Below are positions 1 to 6,364 of a DNA stretch of 32,000 nucleotides, in pieces (the first letter of the stretch is position 1; each line of letters starts with the position of its first letter). The DNA comes from Candidatus Methanoperedens sp. (GTDB taxonomy: Archaea > Halobacteriota > Methanosarcinia > Methanosarcinales > Methanoperedenaceae). Location: the NCBI GenBank assembly GCA_041494705.1, contig JBGQBI010000002.1, positions 120,001 through 152,000 on the forward strand, read 5' to 3'. The position numbers were made by a program, and so were the translations under genes. The notes below the pieces were generated by a model. That model worked only from the letters and a program-made list of their open reading frames with translations. It was not told the origin of the DNA and ran no database searches.

Positions 1-1
1 G

Positions 2-310
2 GCAGACGATGTCTCATCTATAACGATGAACTATCTATTCTATTCCCTCCAGAAATACGGGAAACTTGCAGGACCGTTCCAGGAGTTATATGAACTTTTT
101 TTCAGTAACTACCTTGAAAAAACGCAGGATTTTGAATTATTGCGGGTTATCCAGCCGTTCTATGTATTCCGAAGCGTTGTAGTGGCAAGCCCGATATGGT
201 ATCCCAACCTTGACCCGGAAGTCCGAACTAAAATTTTTAACTTCATCCGTAATATACTTGAGAGTGAAGAGTTTGATTACAAAAATGTGAACTCGTATTT
301 GCAGGAATAA
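2..310 (+). CDS. 3' part of a gene entering from upstream of the window; possibly a kinase-like/phosphotransferase-fold protein
   Basis: The frame of ORF 26..310 stays open back to nt 2 (gca gac gat gtc tca tct ata acg ATG), so the ATG at 26 is probably internal. The product guess rests only on a vague resemblance of the C-terminal tail to phosphotransferase-family proteins. Confidence 0.4.
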   Translation, partial: ADDVSSITMNYLFYSLQKYGKLAGPFQELYELFFSNYLEKTQDFELLRVIQPFYVFRSVVVASPIWYPNLDPEVRTKIFNFIRNILESEEFDYKNVNSYLQE

Positions 311-315
311 ATAAA

Positions 316-867
316 ATGGCTTTTGCTGTATGGTTCACCGGTCTTCCCGGAAGCGGGAAAACAGCGATTGCGTCCCGTACTGCTGATATCCTCAAAACAA
401 AAGGCATTGAAATTAAAATACTCCAGCTTGATGAAATTCGCCGGGTCCTTACCCCTTATCCGAAATATACGGATGAAGAGCGGGATATTGTGTATGCTTC
501 CCTTGCCTATATGGCAAAACTCCTGACCGAATGCGGAATCAATGTTTTTATAGACGCCACGGCAAACAGGAGTAAATACCGTGATGCAGCCCGCAAAATA
601 ATCCCCCAATTTGCCGAGGTGTTCATCCGGTGCCCGCTTTCGGTTTGTATGGAACGGGAGGCGCACAGGAAAGCGGTTTACTCACCAACGGGCATCTATA
701 AAAAATCGGCACAAACTGGCGCCACCGTCCCGGGTGTGAATATCCCTTATGAAGAGCCCATGAACCCTCTTGTCATAATAGACAGCGACAAAATGAAACC
801 AGATGAGAGCGCAAGAAAAGTGGCGGATGCCATTATCAATTTTTCCGGAGCTGTGCATGGAAATTGA
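316..867 (+). CDS. Adenylylsulfate (APS) kinase-like P-loop kinase
   Basis: ATG at 316. The Walker A motif is FTGLPGSGKT. The layout is collinear with CysC (…IDATANR…, FIRCPLSVCMERE, GIYKK…VPGVNIPYEEP). The canonical LDGDN motif is replaced by LQLDE, so substrate is uncertain. Confidence 0.7.
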   Translation: MAFAVWFTGLPGSGKTAIASRTADILKTKGIEIKILQLDEIRRVLTPYPKYTDEERDIVYASLAYMAKLLTECGINVFIDATANRSKYRDAARKIIPQFAEVFIRCPLSVCMEREAHRKAVYSPTGIYKKSAQTGATVPGVNIPYEEPMNPLVIIDSDKMKPDESARKVADAIINFSGAVHGN

Positions 868-1657
868 AACGTTAATTGAAATAGGAATTGAAATCCGGGA
901 AATAATCGGCTCGTTCGTCAGGGATAACGCGGATTACGGGGATATGGTTGCCCGGCGCCCAAAGGATATCACGCGCAAAATGGACATGGCTGCTGAAAAT
1001 GCGCTTGATAATGCGCTTTTAACGCGCGGGCTTTCGGCAAGAATAATATCAGAGGAGCTTGGAGACCGCATCGTGGGTAAACGACCCGATTTCATGCTGG
1101 TTTTTGACCCCATTGACGGTTCTACCAATGCCACATGCGGCATCCCTTTTTTTTGCACATCGCTTGCTTATTCTGGAAAAACAGATATGGCTACGTTTGA
1201 CGATATCAGCATGGCTGTTATCTGCGATATCAGTGGAAATACATACTGCGCCGAAAGAGGAAAGGGCGCTTTTTTAAACGGCAAGCCGATTGGCGCAAAA
1301 TTGCGCGGCGCCATGCCAAAACCCGTAATATCAGTGTATTCATACGGCGTGCCCGAGGTCCCGAAGGGACTGATAGAACTTGAAAAATCAATAATTGTCA
1401 GGGCGCTTGGCAGTATTGCGCTTGATATGTGTTTTGTGGCTGACGGGACGCTTGACGGGATTATTGATACGCGGGGACTTGTAAGCGGTTATGATATAAT
1501 GGCATCTGCTCTGGTATTGAAAGAGGCGGGGGGGTTCCTGACGGGTCTTCATGGAAAAACCATATCCGGCGATGTCCAGGCTACGGGGTTATCTATAATC
1601 GGGACAAAGGATAAGGAACTTCACGATAAAATCGTAAGAACATTGGGACAAGGATGA
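857..1657 (+). CDS. Inositol-monophosphatase family phosphatase (IMPase/FBPase/CysQ-like)
   Basis: Carries SEELG, FDPIDGSTN and GYDIMASA motifs typical of the IMPase superfamily. I prefer the ATG at 857 (GGAG 6 nt upstream, MEIETLIEIG…) over the track start at 803. It overlaps the upstream stop by 11 nt. Confidence 0.8.
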   Translation: MEIETLIEIGIEIREIIGSFVRDNADYGDMVARRPKDITRKMDMAAENALDNALLTRGLSARIISEELGDRIVGKRPDFMLVFDPIDGSTNATCGIPFFCTSLAYSGKTDMATFDDISMAVICDISGNTYCAERGKGAFLNGKPIGAKLRGAMPKPVISVYSYGVPEVPKGLIELEKSIIVRALGSIALDMCFVADGTLDGIIDTRGLVSGYDIMASALVLKEAGGFLTGLHGKTISGDVQATGLSIIGTKDKELHDKIVRTLGQG

Positions 1658-1731
1658 CAGATAGGGAATTCCGGTACATCTATTTTAAAACTTAGCAAAA
1701 AAGGCTTCCGCAAGGGATAATTAATTTTAAT

Positions 1732-1763
1732 AAAAAAAAAGCTGGACAGCTTTGGGCTGTCCA
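1732..1763 (-). terminator. Hairpin plus T9 terminator downstream of the tetrahaem cytochrome gene
   Basis: There is a perfect 8-bp stem, tggacagc(1743-1750)/gcgtgtcca-type gctgtcca(1756-1763), with a 5-nt loop. A9 on the + strand (1732-1740) reads as T9 directly after the hairpin on the - strand. It lies between convergent genes. Confidence 0.6.
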
Positions 1764-1774
1764 ATATTTGTTAC

Positions 1775-2542
1775 TTATCCGCCTCCAGATGTGTAACTTG
1801 TGTTTGTTTGGTTAGTTACGCCTGTGAAGTTCACAACCCATCCGGCATTGCTTACATTCGCATTCATCGTGTATCCAGTTGCCCTGTTCCATGTGATGTT
1901 AACTACCGCATGGGTATGGCAGCCGATGCATGCCGTGTTGGTACCTTTCAGTTGGACAACAGTCTGGTTGCCGCTTGTTGCATACCACAGTGGTGTCTCC
2001 GAGTTCATGATGCCTGCGGCCTTCAAACTTGAGTAGTTGACATCGCCAACTGCCTTGTCTGATACCGATGCATAGTAGAAGGTCCTGTGCGCTTCCTGGT
2101 CTGACATTAATCTTAACGGTGAGTTGCCTGTACTTAAGCCGGTATTGTTATTCGTAAGATTTCCTGTGCCGTGGCATGCGAGACACTCAACTGTAATTGC
2201 CGCATGTGCCGAGAAATTTACCTGGCCGCTTATATTCTGAGTTTTACTTGTATAAGCTATCCACGCCTGTTTGCTCAGGTTAGCACCTGTTTTGTTAAAG
2301 TTCGTTGCATTTGGTGCAACGTGGCATCTTGCACAAGCATTTCCGTAGGAAGCTTCAAATTTTCCATGGTAAACGCTTTGAGTTGTTAACTCATCGTAGA
2401 TATCCTGGTGGCACTTCTGACATGGAATATCCGCTGTGTCATACCATGTATGCTGCCCTGCGAAAAGCGACATTGTGCTTGGCAAAGCAAAGAGACCTAC
2501 TGCGATTACTGCAAACGACAATAATATTATTTTGCTGTTCAT
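1775..2542 (-). CDS. Secreted or anchored tetrahaem c-type cytochrome, rich in N-glycosylation sequons
   Basis: Four CXXCH motifs (CQKCH, CARCH, CLACH, CIGCH). Hydrophobic N-terminus MNSKIILLSFAVIAVGLFALP. AGGAGGTGA lies upstream of the ATG at 2542. I hand-counted 14 N-X-S/T sequons in 255 aa. Confidence 0.9.
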   Translation of the reverse strand: MNSKIILLSFAVIAVGLFALPSTMSLFAGQHTWYDTADIPCQKCHQDIYDELTTQSVYHGKFEASYGNACARCHVAPNATNFNKTGANLSKQAWIAYTSKTQNISGQVNFSAHAAITVECLACHGTGNLTNNNTGLSTGNSPLRLMSDQEAHRTFYYASVSDKAVGDVNYSSLKAAGIMNSETPLWYATSGNQTVVQLKGTNTACIGCHTHAVVNITWNRATGYTMNANVSNAGWVVNFTGVTNQTNTSYTSGGG

Positions 2543-2669
2543 TTTTTTTCACCTCCTTTTCCTATCCATTATTTTTTTTTCTACCCAATTTGGGTTTAAT
2601 TTGGGTATAATTAGTGATATGCCAATCTTGGTATATATATCTTACGTTTTGGCGACCGGTATCGAAACC

Positions 2670-3092
2670 CTATTTAAGGTCGGTTTTGTAGGTCACGGAA
2701 GTAGTTGTCGTCCCCACTGGATCGACGAGTATGACACTAATCACTACAAATTCTCCCTTCTTTGGGTACTTCCAGAGCCCGACCGGTATCTTATAGGTGC
2801 CATTCCCAGTATATGGAACAGATGTCCAGTCGCTTATATCCTCCCCGTTTTGTATTATCTTGACTGTCACTCCGGGGAGGAACATTTGTGTCCCTTTAGG
2901 TTCGCTTATTTTTGATACAGGGACCAGATATGCGGTCATGTTATCTATCGTTGGCACATGGTTAATTTCATACTGTGTCAAGTTCAGTTGGACATTGATA
3001 TATTCTGCATCCTGCCGTGTGACATAGAAAATGCCTCCGGCGATTATTCCCACTATCACTACTAACAAGATGAGATTCCTGGCAAATGACAT
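2670..3092 (-). CDS. Small N-terminally membrane-anchored protein of unknown function
   Basis: ATG at 3092. One N-terminal hydrophobic helix (NLILLVVIVGIIAGGIFYV) is followed by about 110 aa that look beta-rich and carry NLT/NMT/NGT sequons. I recognise no family. Confidence 0.6.
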   Translation of the reverse strand: MSFARNLILLVVIVGIIAGGIFYVTRQDAEYINVQLNLTQYEINHVPTIDNMTAYLVPVSKISEPKGTQMFLPGVTVKIIQNGEDISDWTSVPYTGNGTYKIPVGLWKYPKKGEFVVISVILVDPVGTTTTSVTYKTDLK

Positions 3093-3148
3093 GGTGGGTT
3101 ATTTTTGCGCCAATCCTTATAAACTTTGCTTTACTAATATAAAGAAAA

Positions 3149-4168
3149 ATGAAGAAACTCTTACTTCTGGGCATAATCTTAACAGGACTGGCTGTTTACA
3201 GTTCTATCATGGCAATAAGCTATATTTCCGGGCCTGCGGTCTGCATAGACTGTCACGGGAGTAAATACAATGCAACAGCCAATGGCTCCATACTGCCATC
3301 GCATACGAACAGCAGTATAACCTGTATCGATTGCCATTCGGGAAAAGGCATACAGGCGCGAATTGATGCCCTGGATGTTGTTGCAGGCGCAAAAATACTC
3401 GATGAATCTAAACCTGTGATAAATCAGTTGTTCCAGGCAAATTTCTCATATACGAATAGCTTCAATGTTACAAGGTTTTCTTCACTGAAAGAAAACTGTG
3501 TAAAATGCCATCCCAGGAACGACCTGAAAGGCGGGATGCATGCGAATAATATCACCTGCAGCCTGTGCCATTTTGCCCACACCAAACAGAATATAAACTT
3601 TGAGGCTATCGGAATACAGACACATAAAAATGTAAAATGCACTGCATGTCATGGAACCGGTACTGAATTACAAATACCCACATGCACACAATGCCACGAG
3701 ACGCATGTAAAAGGTGCGGCATGGGGCAACGAGGTATGCCTCGGGTGCCACAAAGATGCCCACGTCCCTACCAGAAGCATAACTTTTACCGGAAATGAAC
3801 CGAAAGAGCTATGCCAGGGCTGTCATCCGGGTGAATACCAGAGCCTCACCACAAACGGTGGAAAGCATAACCTCTTACCTTCATGCGCAAGCTGTCATCC
3901 CAGCCACGGGGCCTTGATGGAATGCCTGGACTGTCATGGGGTGACCGAAGAATATTCAAGAAAGCATTATCCTCACCATCAAAACGCCTGCAACCTCTGC
4001 CATAGGTATGTAGCGGGTTGCGATACATGCCACAATCCCCACAACCCGTTCAACGGCCTTCCCAGGCCTGCTACGAACCAGCAGATACTTGAAATTGCAA
4101 AGCAGCGCGGACAAAATTTAAACACCTCAGTGACAAGACCTGCAAGGACGCCAAATCTTGACGAATAA
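3149..4168 (+). CDS. Membrane-anchored dodecahaem c-type cytochrome (paralogue A)
   Basis: Twelve CXXCH motifs in 339 aa. The N-terminal hydrophobic helix is followed immediately by CIDCH and ITCIDCHS, a NapC/NirT/NrfH-like arrangement. ATG at 3149. Confidence 0.9.
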   Translation: MKKLLLLGIILTGLAVYSSIMAISYISGPAVCIDCHGSKYNATANGSILPSHTNSSITCIDCHSGKGIQARIDALDVVAGAKILDESKPVINQLFQANFSYTNSFNVTRFSSLKENCVKCHPRNDLKGGMHANNITCSLCHFAHTKQNINFEAIGIQTHKNVKCTACHGTGTELQIPTCTQCHETHVKGAAWGNEVCLGCHKDAHVPTRSITFTGNEPKELCQGCHPGEYQSLTTNGGKHNLLPSCASCHPSHGALMECLDCHGVTEEYSRKHYPHHQNACNLCHRYVAGCDTCHNPHNPFNGLPRPATNQQILEIAKQRGQNLNTSVTRPARTPNLDE

Positions 4169-4200
4169 TATATTTAAATGAATAATTAGTATCATGGACT

Positions 4201-5211
4201 ATGAAAAAATTGCTGATTTCCGCACTCGTAATCATAGCAATGTTGGCATATATTTCATCAACAGCGCTCGATGACCTCGAAAAGCCAGTCTCATGCGCAG
4301 GCTGTCATAGTGCCGAGTATGGAAGTTACCTTTCGCCAATTAATAATTCAGAACTGCCAATCCACAAAAACAATAAAATAACATGCATAGACTGCCATTC
4401 AGCCCCGGGATTCCAATCAAGCCTGGAAACAGGGAAGTTCCTTATGAAGATAAATCTTGTAAATTACTCGCTTCCTGCAATCAATACGATATTCCAGGTA
4501 AATTCAACGCTCAATGAAACACTTGGTGCATCCGGGTTCGCGCTCCTCAAACCTGACTGCATTAAATGCCATGATGTAAAAAAAATCAAAACCCGCAATC
4601 CTGACCATACCGCGGTTCCGAATTGCAGGAACTGCCATACATTCCATAAAGAACCCTCAAAAAATATCGAAACAGGTTTCTGGAAACTCATGGGGGAGGG
4701 CGGGCACAGGAATTTAACATGCGGAGCATGTCACGGCACCGATGTAATGCAGTTGAACGAACTTCCCCAGTGCACAAAATGCCACACACCTCATCTGAAA
4801 GGCGCGCAGTGGGATAGAAGCGTGTGCCTCGGATGCCACAGCAATCCGCACATTCCTGTAAAAAATGCGGTATTTACCGGCACACCTCCAAAAGAGGCGT
4901 GCGGTGCCTGCCATAATAGTGTTTACCAGGTATTAACGGTTTATAACAGCAAACATAACCAGCTCCCCTCCTGTGCAAGCTGCCATCCAAAACACGGTGA
5001 GAAAATGGCATGCACGGACTGCCATACCAAAAACGCGCACAATAAATTTCATCCAGGCACTAAATGTGATAGCTGCCACGGTTTAGTAACAAAATGCACG
5101 GACTGCCATACGAACCCTCATGCGCCTTTAAAAGGTCTTCCTATAATATTAGGACAGCAACAATGGAAAGAATATGCAACCGCGGCAGGAAAGAAAAATC
5201 TGGCTGGTTAG
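4201..5211 (+). CDS. Membrane-anchored dodecahaem c-type cytochrome (paralogue B)
   Basis: Twelve CXXCH motifs in 336 aa, collinear with paralogue A, with shared ITCIDCHS, VCLGCH and LPSCASCHP strings. It starts 32 nt after the stop of A, so it is probably co-transcribed. Confidence 0.9.
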   Translation: MKKLLISALVIIAMLAYISSTALDDLEKPVSCAGCHSAEYGSYLSPINNSELPIHKNNKITCIDCHSAPGFQSSLETGKFLMKINLVNYSLPAINTIFQVNSTLNETLGASGFALLKPDCIKCHDVKKIKTRNPDHTAVPNCRNCHTFHKEPSKNIETGFWKLMGEGGHRNLTCGACHGTDVMQLNELPQCTKCHTPHLKGAQWDRSVCLGCHSNPHIPVKNAVFTGTPPKEACGACHNSVYQVLTVYNSKHNQLPSCASCHPKHGEKMACTDCHTKNAHNKFHPGTKCDSCHGLVTKCTDCHTNPHAPLKGLPIILGQQQWKEYATAAGKKNLAG

Positions 5212-5264
5212 TTACTGGTCTTGTTGAAATCAATCCAGAAAATAATAATTTCATGGAGGGAAAA

Positions 5265-5666
5265 ATGATCAAACTCAAAGCGCATATAGTTTCACGGGGA
5301 CGTGCTGAAGGCGATGCCCTTGTAACCTCGCAGCCCATCTCATTTCTGGGAAGCATTGATATGAAAACTGGTGTCGTGATAGAAAGCGGTCATGAACTTG
5401 CGGGGAAAAGCATAAAAGGAAAAGTCCTTGTTTTCCCTGGCGGCAAAGGTTCGACTGTGGGCTCTTATGCGATTTACCAGCTCAAGAAAAACGGCGCCGC
5501 ACCTTTAGCCATGATAAATGTCAAAGCCGAACCGATTGTTGCTGTGGGCGCCATCATTTCCGATATCCCGCTTGTGGATCGTGTTGAAAAGAACCCGGTC
5601 ACTGCGATAAGAACCGGGGATAAGGTTTTAGTGGATGCGATTGTAGGGAGCGTGGAGATCCTATGA
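5265..5666 (+). CDS. Aconitase-X swivel-domain (DUF126) protein; putative small subunit of phosphomevalonate dehydratase
   Basis: About 133 aa starting at MIKLKAHIVSRGRAEGDALV…, with FPGGKGSTVGSY typical of DUF126/AcnX-S. GGAGGG lies 4 nt upstream of the ATG at 5265. The track start at 5094 overlaps cytochrome B and is rejected. Confidence 0.6.
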   Translation: MIKLKAHIVSRGRAEGDALVTSQPISFLGSIDMKTGVVIESGHELAGKSIKGKVLVFPGGKGSTVGSYAIYQLKKNGAAPLAMINVKAEPIVAVGAIISDIPLVDRVEKNPVTAIRTGDKVLVDAIVGSVEIL

Positions 5667-5881
5667 ACGATGAAAAAGGTTTTATGGAAATAAAGATGAG
5701 TTCTGGCTGGTTTATGACTATCTCGCTTCAGAAAAGCGACAGGTTTGAAGAAGAGAAGGAGTATGTGGAGATAGCCAAAGAAAGAGGCGGGCAGAAGCAG
5801 CGCAGGTTCAATATCAACCCGAAATATGTAAGGGCGCTCGGGGAAGCTCTTGTCAAGTTCGCTGATGAGAATAAGCTTTAG
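5663..5881 (+). CDS. Small hypothetical protein (72 aa)
   Basis: ATGA start/stop overlap with the preceding gene suggests translational coupling. The sequence is charged and I recognise no family. Confidence 0.4.
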   Translation: MNDEKGFMEIKMSSGWFMTISLQKSDRFEEEKEYVEIAKERGGQKQRRFNINPKYVRALGEALVKFADENKL

Positions 5882-5907
5882 TTTTTCATTTTTAAGTTGT
5901 TAGTAAA

Positions 5908-5979
5908 TGCGCCGGTCGGGAATCGAACCCGAGTTTAAGCGTTGGCAACGCCTAGTGATAGCCGCTACACTACCGGCGC
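5908..5979 (-). tRNA. tRNA-Gly (anticodon GCC)
   Basis: The reverse complement folds as a cloverleaf. The 7-bp acceptor stem is GCGCCGG/CCGGCGC with discriminator A. The D-loop contains AGCGG. The anticodon stem is AGGCG/CGCTT with loop TTGCCAA. The T-arm is TCGGG-TTCGATT-CCCGA. There is no encoded CCA and no intron. Confidence 0.95.
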
Positions 5980-6111
5980 AAACCGAAGTGTAAAACCCTT
6001 GCGAGCATTCTCTTAATACTTTAATCTATATTAATAGTTTTCACTAATCTTCAAACCATCCAAGAATAATAGATTTTGAATATACTTGAATATTCGAAAA
6101 TGAGCTTTCAA

Positions 6112-6322
6112 AAACCTTTAAGAAAGGTTTATCAAAAACCGTTGCGCCGCTTTACTTCGCAGACACGTATGCCCACAGGCATACGTGGATACCGCATAAA
6201 GCGAGGTGTCGCTTTTCAAACGACGGGTATGGTGCGCCATACCCGGACACGCCCTCCCGTTCGCAAAGCGTGTCGAAGACAGGCGTGACTCGGGCACTGC
6301 GTAAACCGAAGTATCGGCTTTC
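6112..6322. ncRNA. Candidate structured RNA or palindromic element (cluster of near-perfect hairpins)
   Basis: This is a GC-rich island in AT-rich intergenic DNA. Stems seen: 8 bp at 6112-6119/6123-6130, 10 bp at 6164-6173/6178-6187 (loop caca), 9 bp at 6224-6232/6237-6245 (loop tgcg), and 7 bp at 6246-6252/6268-6274. Strand and ends are unknown, and I recognise no known RNA family. Confidence 0.25.
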
Positions 6323-6364
6323 AATAACAATCTTTATCATATTTTAGCCTGAAATCAGCGTATA

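Noticed and set aside
803-856. The upstream extension of the IMPase-family ORF (track start 803). Similar cases: the TTG start at 22164 for cbiO, 30391 for prx, 31185 for the wHTH gene, 14670 for glnK and 19293 for ilvE
   Set aside because: Each extension overlaps the neighbouring gene or adds residues absent from the family N-terminus. In every case an internal ATG with a better RBS or family-like N-terminus exists.
2436-2915. A 159-aa + strand ORF spanning the spacer between the tetrahaem gene and the 140-aa gene
   Set aside because: It overlaps the 5' end of the tetrahaem gene and most of the 140-aa gene on the opposite strand. It has no RBS and a hydrophobic, low-complexity translation. 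The - strand genes have RBS or TM-anchor logic.
5094-5264. The upstream extension of the DUF126 ORF (track start 5094)
   Set aside because: It overlaps the 3' end of cytochrome B in another frame and adds 57 non-conserved residues. A GGAGGG RBS precedes the ATG at 5265.
6112-6322. Whether the hairpin island is SRP RNA, RNase P RNA, a riboswitch (TPP, fluoride) or a box C/D sRNA
   Set aside because: I could not find the conserved cores: no GGAAAGUCC-type RNase P CR-I, no SRP helix-8 motif, no CUGAGA TPP box, and no RUGAUGA/CUGA C/D boxes. No known-family call is made.
6076-6340. Three ~60-70-aa ORFs on both strands in the tRNA-hisD spacer
   Set aside because: They overlap one another inside the palindromic GC-rich hairpin island. 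Their Arg/Thr-rich translations look like a by-product of the palindromes, and there is no RBS. The region is reported as a possible RNA or repeat element instead.
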